This document shows, in pieces, positions 19,134 to 29,068 of a DNA stretch of 64,000 nucleotides (positions within the stretch are counted from its first letter, which is position 1; each line of letters opens with the position of its first letter). The position numbers and the translations under genes were made by a program. The notes under the pieces were generated by a model. That model was not told the origin of the DNA. It saw only the letters and a program-made list of their open reading frames with translations, and searched no databases. This DNA is from an uncultured Ruminococcus sp. (GTDB lineage: Bacteria > Bacillota > Clostridia > Oscillospirales > CAG-272), in assembly GCA_964384555.1 (NCBI GenBank), contig CAYLLA010000001.1, positions 73,710 through 137,709 of the forward strand, written 5' to 3'.

Positions 19134-20695
19134 TGCGACACCTGAAAAATATTCTGCGCCAGCCTGTGGCTCACGCGCCGCTCTTTTTGCTTGCAGTGCT
19201 CTTGACGGCCATGTATCTGCTTGCCGCCGCTCTTGGTGAAGCTTGCGATGCCGCCTTGCGCAGTGCCGAGGAAAAATATTCGGTGTCGGTCACTGTTTCC
19301 GCAAAGCCTAAGCTTACTCGAGAGAAAAAGTCTGATAAAACCATTTATGAGATAGTTGATATAAACAGCTGCAAGGTGGATTCTCGCATTGCCGAAATAG
19401 TCGATGCGGAATCTGAATTTACCGAAAAGAGCTATATCAGCGGCAGCTTTGTTATTGGCACAGATCTGCTCGGTAACGCCGGGGAGATAAGTGAGCTGCG
19501 CCGCCGTATTGCAAGCGGCGAGAGCGGCACCGTTGAATCGATCGGGGTGTACACCGCAAGCGGGACCTTGCTGAGATCCGCCTCAGCTGTTGCCGCATCC
19601 GATGAGTCATGCATCGCCGAGGCGTTGGGCATCGATGCCGATGGATTGGTGGTCTCTTATCGAGACGGTCGTACATATAGGGACGGCGTTGTGATAGGTG
19701 AGGCGCTCTACAAAGCTCTCGGATGTCCCGCGGATCTTGCACTCGGATGGTATGCCGAGCGCACTGTTGCACCTAATATCATCAAGTTCGAGGGTGAGGG
19801 ATATGTGTTCGCAGATGTTTTTTGGCAGAATGTATACGGTACGCTGCTAAAGCTTCCGCGCGAGCCGATGGTCACCGTTCCGGTCGCGGGGTACTATCGC
19901 ACCGAGGAGAATGAGGATCGCGGTATCGTCGGCGTTATAGAATATTGGGAGACCCTGTACCGCGCAACGGACTATTATCAGGTTACAAATAACCTTCAAC
20001 ATTACTATCGTGATGATGTGTCCGGCGCGGATGAGATAGGATATATTCGTTATTCCGCCGAGCTTCGCTCTCCCGGCGAGGCCGAGGACGCTATAAGAGC
20101 GCTGATAGCGGACGGGATAGATCCCGACAGCTATCTGATCAGTGCAAATGACCATGATTACAAATTTGCCGTGGCGCAGGTGCGCAGTATACGTGATCTT
20201 GCCGTTGCGGTCTATCTTGCATCGATCGTATTTGGAATAGTAGCGATAGCGCTATGCATGCTGTTGGCTATCAAGCGCCGCACAGGCGAGATGTACACTC
20301 TTTGCACTCTTGGCGCATGGCCGACGGGTGTGGCACTCTCCGTGTCGCTTGAGGTCGCCGCGGTGCTTTTTGTCGGTGCACTTGCGGGATGCTTGCTCGG
20401 CGAGGCCGCAAGCGGGTCGCTGTTTGCCGCTGTTGGCAACAGCATGGATAAAGCCGCGGTGGGAACTATAGAAAAACTGTCCGAGTTTTCGGTGCATATG
20501 TCCAACGGCGAAGAGGCAGTGGCACAGCTTCAAGCGGCTATAGAAAACTATAAAAAAGCCTCGTTGTCCTTTGAGTACGTTCGCGAGCCCAAATATTATC
20601 TTCATGTGTTGGCGGCATGCGGGGCACTCACTTTGTTGGGGATAATGGCGGCGGCCGCTGCAATGCCGAAAAAGCTGACACAAAAACTTAAATAG
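19133..20695 (+). CDS. FtsX/MacB-like ABC permease 2
   Basis: SD GAGGAGG then ATG at 19133; same topology; KRRTGEMYTLCTLGA. Confidence 0.85.
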   Translation: MRHLKNILRQPVAHAPLFLLAVLLTAMYLLAAALGEACDAALRSAEEKYSVSVTVSAKPKLTREKKSDKTIYEIVDINSCKVDSRIAEIVDAESEFTEKSYISGSFVIGTDLLGNAGEISELRRRIASGESGTVESIGVYTASGTLLRSASAVAASDESCIAEALGIDADGLVVSYRDGRTYRDGVVIGEALYKALGCPADLALGWYAERTVAPNIIKFEGEGYVFADVFWQNVYGTLLKLPREPMVTVPVAGYYRTEENEDRGIVGVIEYWETLYRATDYYQVTNNLQHYYRDDVSGADEIGYIRYSAELRSPGEAEDAIRALIADGIDPDSYLISANDHDYKFAVAQVRSIRDLAVAVYLASIVFGIVAIALCMLLAIKRRTGEMYTLCTLGAWPTGVALSVSLEVAAVLFVGALAGCLLGEAASGSLFAAVGNSMDKAAVGTIEKLSEFSVHMSNGEEAVAQLQAAIENYKKASLSFEYVREPKYYLHVLAACGALTLLGIMAAAAAMPKKLTQKLK

Positions 20696-20742
20696 TATAA
20701 AAAACATACCCAAGCCGCCTCGGCGGCAGAAGGGAGCATACC

Positions 20743-21429
20743 ATGCCTTTACTTGAGATAATTGATCTTTCGTATGATTATACCCCACGATCCGGTACAG
20801 TCCATGCGCTTAAAAATGTCAATGCGTGCTTTGATGCGGGACGTGTTTATGCCGTGACCGGAAGAAGCGGATCCGGAAAAACAACGCTTTTGTCGCTTAT
20901 AGCGGCACTTGATCGTCCCATGTCGGGGCAAATACTGCTTGACGGAAAGTCGATCTTTGATGAAAGGCCTGATCGTTACCGCCGCGAAAATATTTCAATG
21001 GTCTTTCAATCCTATAATCTGATAGCACACCTGACCGCGGGAGAAAATGTTGAGCTTGCGTTTGAGCTGAACGGTACACCGTGCGGTAAACGCGCCGCGG
21101 GGGCAAGAGAGATACTGAGGAGCGTTGGGTTGGGTGATGAATACTATCGCAAACGTCCGCGCCAAATGTCGGGCGGGGAACAGCAAAGAGTGGCGATAGC
21201 GCGCGCTGTGGCCTCCGGTGCCAAGATCATTTTGGCCGATGAGCCTACAGGAAATCTTGATAATCAAAACAGTGAGATGATAATCTCACAGCTTACGCGC
21301 TTGGCGCATGAGGAGGGACGTTGCGTCATAATCGTGACTCACTCCGAAGAAATTGCCGCCGGTGCTGATGTGAGATATCATATGTCAGACGGGGTTCTCT
21401 CGGTGGTTCCAATCAGCCAAACGCTGTGA
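20743..21429 (+). CDS. ABC ATPase (LolD/MacB family)
   Basis: GRSGSGKT, FQSYNL, MSGGEQQRVAIARA, ILADEPTGNLD, IVTH. Confidence 0.93.
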   Translation: MPLLEIIDLSYDYTPRSGTVHALKNVNACFDAGRVYAVTGRSGSGKTTLLSLIAALDRPMSGQILLDGKSIFDERPDRYRRENISMVFQSYNLIAHLTAGENVELAFELNGTPCGKRAAGAREILRSVGLGDEYYRKRPRQMSGGEQQRVAIARAVASGAKIILADEPTGNLDNQNSEMIISQLTRLAHEEGRCVIIVTHSEEIAAGADVRYHMSDGVLSVVPISQTL

Positions 21430-21458
21430 TTCTAATTTAAAAAACTATCAAAAAACTA

Positions 21459-21487
21459 TTGAAAAACCGAAATTTATATTGTATAAT
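21459..21487 (+). promoter_or_regulatory. SigA promoter for the GH2 gene
   Basis: TTGAAA-17-TATAAT. Confidence 0.7.
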
Positions 21488-21645
21488 AGCATTGAGCCGT
21501 TACGGTTTGAGGCTGAAACGGCATCGGGGCACGCAGCCACCGATGCCGTGCCTTTTTCTGCCGTGTCGGCAATGCTTTGATTGGTCGATCGTGCCGCAGG
21601 ACGGCGGCGATCGACAAAACTAAACAATGTCAAGGAGATAGATCA

Positions 21646-23433
21646 ATGACACTTCCGAGAAATGAGTATCCCCGCCCGCAGCTTTTGCGTGACAGCTGGA
21701 TCTGCCTTAACGGCGAATGGCAATTTGAAATAGACGATGCCGCAAGCGGCGCGGAGCGCGGCCTTTTTGAAAACGACCGTGAGCTTTCGGGCAGGATCAC
21801 AGTTCCGTTTTGCCCGGAGAGCCGCCTCTCAGGCGTAGCTCACACCGATTTTATGAGGTGCGTGTGGTATAAGCGCGAGCTGGATCTGCCCGCCGAGTGG
21901 CAGGGCAAGCGTATCATCCTGCACTTTGGCGCGGTGGATTATCACGCCATCGTGTATGTAAACGGCAAAGTCGCCTGCGAGCATCGCGGCGGATATACTC
22001 CGTTCTCGGCCGATATAACTGCGCTCCTGAACGCGGCGAGCGAGCGCAATGTCATAACCCTTTGCGCATATGATGATCTGCGCTCGCACAAACAGCCGGG
22101 CGGCAAGCAAAGCTCAAGGTTTGGCTCCTACGGCTGTTACTACACCCGTACCACCGGCATTTGGCAGACCGTGTGGGCGGAGGCGGTTGATGAATGCTAT
22201 CTTGCCGCCCTCAAGCTCACCCCGGATGTTGCATCCACCTCAGTTGGAGTAGAGTGCAAGATCGCCGGTGCGCTTGCGGAGGATGGTGGCGAGATATCCG
22301 TTCGTGCGCTGTATGACGGCCGCGAGGTCGGCTCGGCGCGTCTGCCTTTCCGCGCCATGGCAGAGACCGTCAGCTGTGTAAGCTTCGGCCTCTCGCTGAC
22401 CGAGGCGCACCTTTGGGATGTCGGTCGCGGTGAGCTTTACGATCTTGAGGTGACCATCTCGCAAAATGGTCGCGTGCTTGATAGAGTGACGAGCTATTTC
22501 GGCCTGCGCTCCGTCACGCTTGAGGGACGTTCCTTTAGAATAAACGGTCGCACGGTGTTCGGTCGTTGGGTGCTTGATCAGGGCTTTTATCCCGAAGGAA
22601 TATACACCGCCCCCACCGATGAGGCGCTTAAAAATGATATACTTAAGTCTATGGAGCTTGGCTTTAACGGCGCGCGTCTGCATGAAAAGGTCTTTGAGCC
22701 GCGGTTTTTGTACTGGGCGGATAAGCTTGGCTACCTTTGCTGGGGTGAGCACGCCAACTGGGGACTTGATATTACCGAGGCCGGCAGTATACAGCACTTC
22801 CTGCCCGAGTGGCTTGAGGCCGTGGAGCGCGACTACAGCCACCCGTCGATCATCGGTTGGTGCCCCTTTAACGAAACATGGGATAGCAACCGCCGCGCAC
22901 AGGCCGACAGTGTGCTGTCTATGGTCTACCGCGTAACAAAGGCCATCGATCCCACCCGCCCGGTCATCGATACAAGCGGTAACTTCCATGTTGAGACGGA
23001 TATATTTGACGTTCATGATTATGAGCAACGCCCGGAGGTGTTCGTAACATATTACGATAAGATAGCCGAGGGCATTATAAACGACCAGTGCGAGCGCCAT
23101 CCTACCCGCCGCGGCAGACAGCACTATGACGGCCGCAAGCCTGTGTTTATCAGCGAGTACGGAGGAATTGCATGGATCCCGGAGGGCAAAGCAGGCTGGG
23201 GCTACGGTAAGGGCCCCGCCACCGAGGAGGAGTTTATAGCTCGTTACCGCGGGCTTACCGATGCAATACTTGATAATGAGTATGTTATGGGCCTTTGCTA
23301 TACACAGCTCTATGATGTGGAGCAGGAGCAAAACGGACTTATGACCTACGAGCGCGAGTTTAAGTTTGACCCCGCCATATTCAGGGAGATCAATACACGC
23401 GAGGCCGCCATCGAAAAAAAGGATAATAAATGA
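21646..23433 (+). CDS. Glycoside hydrolase family 2 (beta-galactosidase/glucuronidase-like)
   Basis: EYPRPQ, LNGEW, LHFGAVDY, GIWQTVW, LDQGFYP, GFNGARLHEK, WCPFNE, ISEYGG, YTQLYDVEQE; SD AAGGAG. Confidence 0.9.
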   Translation: MTLPRNEYPRPQLLRDSWICLNGEWQFEIDDAASGAERGLFENDRELSGRITVPFCPESRLSGVAHTDFMRCVWYKRELDLPAEWQGKRIILHFGAVDYHAIVYVNGKVACEHRGGYTPFSADITALLNAASERNVITLCAYDDLRSHKQPGGKQSSRFGSYGCYYTRTTGIWQTVWAEAVDECYLAALKLTPDVASTSVGVECKIAGALAEDGGEISVRALYDGREVGSARLPFRAMAETVSCVSFGLSLTEAHLWDVGRGELYDLEVTISQNGRVLDRVTSYFGLRSVTLEGRSFRINGRTVFGRWVLDQGFYPEGIYTAPTDEALKNDILKSMELGFNGARLHEKVFEPRFLYWADKLGYLCWGEHANWGLDITEAGSIQHFLPEWLEAVERDYSHPSIIGWCPFNETWDSNRRAQADSVLSMVYRVTKAIDPTRPVIDTSGNFHVETDIFDVHDYEQRPEVFVTYYDKIAEGIINDQCERHPTRRGRQHYDGRKPVFISEYGGIAWIPEGKAGWGYGKGPATEEEFIARYRGLTDAILDNEYVMGLCYTQLYDVEQEQNGLMTYEREFKFDPAIFREINTREAAIEKKDNK

Positions 23434-23454
23434 TATCGGTGATATCGCAATAAC

Positions 23455-23494
23455 AGCCCCCGCGGGCATGACATCTGTCATGCCCGCGGGGGCT
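23455..23494. terminator. Long perfect hairpin between convergent genes
   Basis: 19-bp inverted repeat AGCCCCCGCGGGCATGACA/TGTCATGCCCGCGGGGGCT. Confidence 0.75.
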
Positions 23495-23509
23495 ATATGT
23501 GTTTGATGT

Positions 23510-23953
23510 TTATTTTTGTGCCTGATCCTTATTGCTGTTTTGTGTCGCTTCTCTAAAATTCCGTTCCTCTCTGACGGTCTTTTTTATATGTGCCGCGAGG
23601 AGGGAGTAGAGCACCATTACGACGATATAGATTACAAGAGCCGTCATAAAGCCCACAAGGCGCTGGCTGCCGGAAAGCTCGGCGGGCAACAGCACGCAAA
23701 GGTAGATGCCGAGCATCGTGGCGGCACAGTGCAGGGGATAGCCCAGCCCGCGCGGCAGGCTTTTTGCCGTCAGTGCGCAGTTAGCGGCGGCAAAGCAAAG
23801 GCAAAAGGGAAGCAGCAAAAACACGCGCTCTGCCGAGAGGAGCGCACCACCCTCTGCGTTTGAATACATGGCAAATATCACAAAGCTGTAAAGTCCTGCG
23901 GCTACTGTGTAGTATATGGCCATGTGGGTGAGTATCTTTTTTATCGTTTTCAT
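23510..23953 (-). CDS. Hypothetical 4-TM membrane protein
   Basis: Four hydrophobic segments; start MKTIKK. Confidence 0.65.
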   Translation of the reverse strand: MKTIKKILTHMAIYYTVAAGLYSFVIFAMYSNAEGGALLSAERVFLLLPFCLCFAAANCALTAKSLPRGLGYPLHCAATMLGIYLCVLLPAELSGSQRLVGFMTALVIYIVVMVLYSLLAAHIKKTVREERNFREATQNSNKDQAQK

Positions 23954-24129
23954 AGATATTATCCGTCCGTATCTTTTTGATACCAATACTTTAGCACATT
24001 TTTTATCATATTGCAAGGGCTAATGTGTAAAAAAACAAAAATACCGATGCAAATATCGCCGCGCGGGGCGGCATATTAGTATATACTGAATAAAAATAAT
24101 GAATATTCAAAAAAATATTCATTGCGGTG

Positions 24130-24158
24130 TTGACTTTTACCTGTTTTAAAAGTATAAT
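24130..24158 (+). promoter_or_regulatory. SigA promoter for the nusB operon
   Basis: TTGACT-17-TATAAT. Confidence 0.75.
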
Positions 24159-24210
24159 ATAATAGTATAATGGTCGGAGTATGTTTTGGGTCCGACCCGA
24201 AAGGAACGAC

Positions 24211-24633
24211 ATGACAAGACGAGTTGCAAGAGAAAATACCGTTGGACTTTTGTTTGAATACGGTTTTCGCCCCGAGGTCGAGGCGGGGGATATCTATGAG
24301 GCGGCACTGGAGGTGCGCGAGCTGGAGGACAATGACTTTATGAGGTCGCTCTACTTCGGCACTGTTGAAAATATTGAAGCAATAGATGCGGCAATAGCCA
24401 AAAACTCACGCGGTTGGAAGCCGGAGAGGCTTTCGGGTGTTGCAAGGGCTGTATTGCGCCTTGGCACATACGAGCTTTTGTTTACCGATGTTCCCAAAAA
24501 TGTGGCGGTGAACGAGGCGATAGAAATGATAAAAAAATATGACGATGAAAAGGCGCGCCCCTTTGTTAACGGTATTCTTAACGCCATAATGAAGAGCGAG
24601 CCCTCGGGCGGCATATCGGGAGATAACGAGTAA
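24211..24633 (+). CDS. nusB: Transcription antitermination factor NusB
   Basis: RRVARE, WKPERL..VARAVLRLG.YE, VAVNEAIE..KKY, FVNGIL. Confidence 0.93.
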   Translation: MTRRVARENTVGLLFEYGFRPEVEAGDIYEAALEVRELEDNDFMRSLYFGTVENIEAIDAAIAKNSRGWKPERLSGVARAVLRLGTYELLFTDVPKNVAVNEAIEMIKKYDDEKARPFVNGILNAIMKSEPSGGISGDNE

Positions 24634-25607
24634 TGCTTTTTTGCGGTATCGATACCAGCAATTACACTACCTCCGCCGCGCTCTGTAACGAGGCGGGGCA
24701 GGTGGTGGCAAATATCAAAGAGCCGCTCCCGGTAAGGGCAGGTGAGTGCGGACTGCGGCAGTCGGATGCCGTGTTTGCGCACACGCGCAACCTGCCGATA
24801 GTCACATCTCGTCTGCGCGAGGTGCTTGCATCCGATGAGCTTTGCGGCGAGCGTTTGGCGGCCATCGGCGTTTCCGAACGTCCGCGCGATGCCGAGGGCT
24901 CATACATGCCTTGCTTCCTTGCGGGCGTGGCGGCGGCATCGGCCATGGCGGATGCTATGGATCTGCCGCTTTATCGCACATCACATCAAAACGGTCATAT
25001 AATGGCGGCGCTTTATTCGTCGGGCAGGACAGAGCTTGTATCGCGGCGGCATATTGCCTTTCACGTTTCCGGCGGCACGACCGAGGTGTTGCTCGTTGAG
25101 CCGCGTGACAGCGCCTTTGCGGTCACTCTTATCGGCGGCACTCGGGATCTGAATGCGGGTCAGGCCGTGGACAGAACAGGTGTTATGCTCGGTCTGCGCT
25201 TTCCCTGCGGTGCGGCGCTTGAGGAGCTGGCAAACAGCTCCGCTCACAGCTTTAAATTCCCGCGCGTTGCGGTAAAGGACGGCTGGTGCAATCTTTCCGG
25301 GCTTCAAAACAAGACCCAAAAAATGCTTGCCGACGGCGAGACGTCAGCCGATATCGCCGCCTATCTTTTTGATCACATCGCGGCGGTGCTTGCAAAAATG
25401 GCGGCCGATGCCCGCGAGGTGCAGGGTGACCTGCCCATAGTGTTTGCCGGCGGTGTTATGAGCAATAAACGGATACACCGTCATCTTGAGGCATTGGGCA
25501 ACGTGCATTTTGCCGAGCCTGCATTCTCCGCCGATAACGCGGCAGGCGTGGCTCTGCTGGGCAGGCGCAGCTTTTTGGGCGAGCGCGGCGAGGGCTTACA
25601 TGGATAA
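24633..25607 (+). CDS. Peptidase M22/Kae1-TsaD-like paralog
   Basis: GIDTSNYTTS, GLRQSDAVFAH, SHQNGH, HVSGGTTE, AGGVMSN, DNAAG. Confidence 0.85.
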   Translation: MLFCGIDTSNYTTSAALCNEAGQVVANIKEPLPVRAGECGLRQSDAVFAHTRNLPIVTSRLREVLASDELCGERLAAIGVSERPRDAEGSYMPCFLAGVAAASAMADAMDLPLYRTSHQNGHIMAALYSSGRTELVSRRHIAFHVSGGTTEVLLVEPRDSAFAVTLIGGTRDLNAGQAVDRTGVMLGLRFPCGAALEELANSSAHSFKFPRVAVKDGWCNLSGLQNKTQKMLADGETSADIAAYLFDHIAAVLAKMAADAREVQGDLPIVFAGGVMSNKRIHRHLEALGNVHFAEPAFSADNAAGVALLGRRSFLGERGEGLHG

Positions 25608-26856
25608 CGCACCGAGGATCGAGGCGCTGTCCGTCACAGCACTCAACGAATATATAAAGACCCTGCTTGATACCGATGATGTGCTTTCTGCTGTTGCGGT
25701 GCGCGGGGAGATATCAAACTTTAAAAACCACTACCAAACGGGGCACTTTTACTTCACGCTTAAGGACGAGGGCGGGTGCATTGCCGCGGTAATGTTTCGC
25801 TCCTATGCCTCGCGGCTGGATTTTGTACCCGAAAACGGCATGCGCGCCGTGCTGTTTGGGCATGTATCATCATATGTAAAAAGCGGTCAGTATCAGATAT
25901 ACGTTACCGATATGATACCGGACGGCGCAGGTGCGCTTTATCTGCGCTACGAACAGCTAAAGGCACGCTTGGCATCCGAGGGACTTTTTGATCCCGCCCG
26001 CAAGAGGGCGATACCAAAATATCCGGAGCGTATAGGCATCGTTACCTCTCCCACCGGCGCGGCAATACAGGATATGCTAAATATCCTCGGTCGCCGCTTC
26101 CCGTATGCCGAGGTAACGCTCTATCCGGCGCTCGTCCAGGGCGCAGGGGCAGAGCCGTCGCTCTGCCGCGGGATCGAATATTTCAATTCCCGCGCGGCGG
26201 AGGATGCACCCGATGTGCTGATCATAGGCCGCGGCGGTGGATCGATAGAGGATCTTTGGGCGTTCAACGGCGAGTCGCTGGCAAGGACGATAGCGGCATC
26301 GCGCATACCGGTGATCAGTGCGGTGGGACATGAAACTGATTTCACCATCGCCGATCTTGCGGCGGATCTGCGTGCCCCCACACCATCCGCGGCGGCGGAG
26401 GTAGCCGTGCCGGATTCGGCAAGACTGCGCTCACAGCTCTCAAATGTGGCCTCGCGCCTTTCTTCACTGCTAAGCGCAGGGGTCGAGCGCAAACGCGCCG
26501 AGTTGGCCGCCCTCTCCGGGCGCCGTTCGCTGACAGATTCCGCTTATCTTTTGGATGTCAAGCGCACCGCCCTCATGCTTGCGGAGGGACGGCTGTCATC
26601 TGCATATCTCGGGCGAGTAAATGATGCCAAAAACGAGTTGAGGGCGTATATCTCGTCACTTTCGGCGCTAAACCCGCTGGCGGTGCTGTCACGCGGATAC
26701 GCCGCAGTGCGCTCGGCGGACGGTAAGCATATGATAACGGAGGCCGCATCTCTCGCGCCAGGCGAGCGGTTGATGCTTTGCATGCGGGACGGAGATGTGG
26801 AGGTAACAGTTGATGAGGTCTGCCAAAAACCAAAGGATGATCCCCAAGGTGAGTAA
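25600..26856 (+). CDS. xseA: Exodeoxyribonuclease VII large subunit
   Basis: GEISNF, GHFYFTLKD, VTSPTGAA, GRGGGSIEDLWAFN, GHETD, RAPTPSAAAE. Confidence 0.95.
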   Translation: MDNAPRIEALSVTALNEYIKTLLDTDDVLSAVAVRGEISNFKNHYQTGHFYFTLKDEGGCIAAVMFRSYASRLDFVPENGMRAVLFGHVSSYVKSGQYQIYVTDMIPDGAGALYLRYEQLKARLASEGLFDPARKRAIPKYPERIGIVTSPTGAAIQDMLNILGRRFPYAEVTLYPALVQGAGAEPSLCRGIEYFNSRAAEDAPDVLIIGRGGGSIEDLWAFNGESLARTIAASRIPVISAVGHETDFTIADLAADLRAPTPSAAAEVAVPDSARLRSQLSNVASRLSSLLSAGVERKRAELAALSGRRSLTDSAYLLDVKRTALMLAEGRLSSAYLGRVNDAKNELRAYISSLSALNPLAVLSRGYAAVRSADGKHMITEAASLAPGERLMLCMRDGDVEVTVDEVCQKPKDDPQGE

Positions 26857-26881
26857 CAGCAGGGGAGCGATATAGATTAAG

Positions 26882-27205
26882 ATGAACGAAACAGAAAAAA
26901 ACAAAACAGAAGAAATAGAAATAAAAGAAGATACCCAAGCAAGCGACTCCGTTGGCGAAACGGCAAAAAAGCCAAGATCCGGCGCACGTTCAAAGCGTGC
27001 GAGCGAAAAGGATATGACCTTTGAGGCCGCAATGACACGTCTTGAGGCGGTAGTGCATGCACTTGAGGACGGCAGAACGCCGCTTGAAGAGTCGATGAAG
27101 CTCTACGAGGAGGGCATCTCGCTCGTTCGCCTCTGTTCCGGTAAGCTTGAGGCCGCAGATAAAAAGGTGCGCATACTTACGGGCGAGGAGACGGCCGAGG
27201 GCTGA
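26882..27205 (+). CDS. xseB: Exodeoxyribonuclease VII small subunit
   Basis: TFEAAMTRLE.VV.ALE, LEESMKLYEEG. Confidence 0.9.
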   Translation: MNETEKNKTEEIEIKEDTQASDSVGETAKKPRSGARSKRASEKDMTFEAAMTRLEAVVHALEDGRTPLEESMKLYEEGISLVRLCSGKLEAADKKVRILTGEETAEG

Positions 27206-27312
27206 TGCGGCCAACCGTTATCCGCTCGCCCGAGGGTGTGCGGGATACGGATTTATAATTTATTGATCTTTTATTTTGAACAACACGTGGAACGAGATAA
27301 GGTGATGGAGAT

Positions 27313-28218
27313 ATGGACGTAAGCGCGATCGATAATACAGCCGCCGATATTGAGGCGGCGCTTTGTGCGGCGGCGGAAAAGACAGCCGCGGCGCTTCGCG
27401 CCTGCTATCCTGCGGATGCGGAGGGCAAAACGCTCGATAGGGCGGAGCTTTACAGCCTCATGGCGGGCGGTAAAAGGATCAGACCATTTTTGGTGGTTGA
27501 ATTTTGTCGTCTGTTCGGCGGCAGTGAGGAGGCGGCGTTGCCCTTTGCCTGTGCCATTGAGATGCTGCACACCTTCTCGCTCATACATGACGACCTGCCA
27601 TGCATGGATAATGACGATATGCGGCGCGGTCGCCCCACCAACCATCGCGTAAACGGCGAGGCGGTGGCGCTTTTGGCGGGCGATGCACTTGAGGTGCGCG
27701 CCGTTGCCACAGCGCTTTCAAATAAAAATGTATCGGTCGCGGATGCCGCGCGTGCCGCGGCCGCCATCTGCCGCGGGTCGGTCGCCATGATCGAGGGGCA
27801 GATAATGGATATTGCCGCCGAGGAGCGGGAGATATCGATGGGCGAGCTTGTTACCCTGCAAAGCAAAAAAACGGGAGCGCTCATGCGCGTGAGCGCCGCG
27901 CTCGGGTGTATTGCCGCGGGCGTTCCGGATGATGACGAAAAAATGCGTGCCGCGATCAGCTACGCTGACGGTATAGGCCGCGCGTTTCAGGTGATAGACG
28001 ATATTTTGGATGCCGAGAGTACCTCCGAGGAGCTGGGCAAGACCGCAGGCTCGGATGCAAGGGACGGCAAGGTGACATACCTCAGCTTTATGAATGCAGA
28101 GGAGGCACGTGCTTTGGCGGCCGAGATCACCGCCGAGGCGGTGTCCGCTGTGGCGGCGTACCCGGGCTCGGAGATACTCATCTCGCTGGCCGAATGGCTG
28201 TTGCGGCGCAAAAAGTAA
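27313..28218 (+). CDS. ispA: Geranyltranstransferase (FPP synthase)
   Basis: GGKRIRP, SLIHDDLPCMDNDDMRRGRP, KTGAL, FQVIDDILD. Confidence 0.93.
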   Translation: MDVSAIDNTAADIEAALCAAAEKTAAALRACYPADAEGKTLDRAELYSLMAGGKRIRPFLVVEFCRLFGGSEEAALPFACAIEMLHTFSLIHDDLPCMDNDDMRRGRPTNHRVNGEAVALLAGDALEVRAVATALSNKNVSVADAARAAAAICRGSVAMIEGQIMDIAAEEREISMGELVTLQSKKTGALMRVSAALGCIAAGVPDDDEKMRAAISYADGIGRAFQVIDDILDAESTSEELGKTAGSDARDGKVTYLSFMNAEEARALAAEITAEAVSAVAAYPGSEILISLAEWLLRRKK

Positions 28219-28241
28219 CGGATGACGGCTGTTGTGTTGTT

Positions 28242-29000
28242 ATGAGAGCGGATCTGTTTTTGTTTGCAAACGGGCTGGCACCGAGCCGAGAGGCGGCAAA
28301 AAAGCTGATACTCGGCGGCTGTGTTTTGCTAAACGGCAAAAAGCTTGCAAAGCCGTCGGCCGATATCGGTGAGGATGTGGGCGCGGCGGATATTACGGTC
28401 ATTCCATTGCCGGATATGCGTTATGTCGGGCGTGGGGGGCTTAAGCTTGAGGCGGCGCTTGATGCATTCGGCGTGTCTGTGTGCGGTGCGAAAGCTATCG
28501 ATATAGGCGCATCCACGGGAGGATTTACCGATTGCCTTTTGTCCCGCGGTGCGGCACATGTTACCGCGGTGGATTCGGGACACGGTCAGCTGGCCGCAAA
28601 GCTTGAGGTCGACCCGCGCGTGCGCTCTCTTGAGGGCGTCAACGCGCGTTATATGACGGCGGATGCCGTTGGTGCCGGTTATGATATCGCCGTGATGGAT
28701 GTTTCTTTTATATCTCAAACGCTGATATTACCCACCCTGCCGCCGCTTTTGCGGGACGGCGGGAGGCTGATATCACTTATCAAGCCTCAATTTGAGGTAG
28801 GGCGTTCGGATGTCGGCAAGGGCGGCATCGTGCGCTCGGATTCCGCGCGCCTGCGTGCTGTGCGGTCTGTTATCGATGCGGCGGAGGGTGTCGGATTGCA
28901 CCACCGCGGCACCATCACCTCGCCGATAACCGGCGGTGACGGAAATATAGAATATCTGGCGTGCTTTGTTTTGTCTCGCGGCGAGGCGGCGGGGCAATAA
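28242..29000 (+). CDS. tlyA: TlyA family rRNA (cytidine-2'-O)-methyltransferase
   Basis: S4 domain, YVGRGGLKL, DIGASTGGFTD, MDVSFIS, LIKPQFE, SPITGGDGNIEY. Confidence 0.93.
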   Translation: MRADLFLFANGLAPSREAAKKLILGGCVLLNGKKLAKPSADIGEDVGAADITVIPLPDMRYVGRGGLKLEAALDAFGVSVCGAKAIDIGASTGGFTDCLLSRGAAHVTAVDSGHGQLAAKLEVDPRVRSLEGVNARYMTADAVGAGYDIAVMDVSFISQTLILPTLPPLLRDGGRLISLIKPQFEVGRSDVGKGGIVRSDSARLRAVRSVIDAAEGVGLHHRGTITSPITGGDGNIEYLACFVLSRGEAAGQ

Positions 29001-29068
29001 AAATCGTGCGGTCGAACAGTCAAGTAAAAAAAGACGATATCGATCGGCGGCATGCAATGGAGGGTGCT

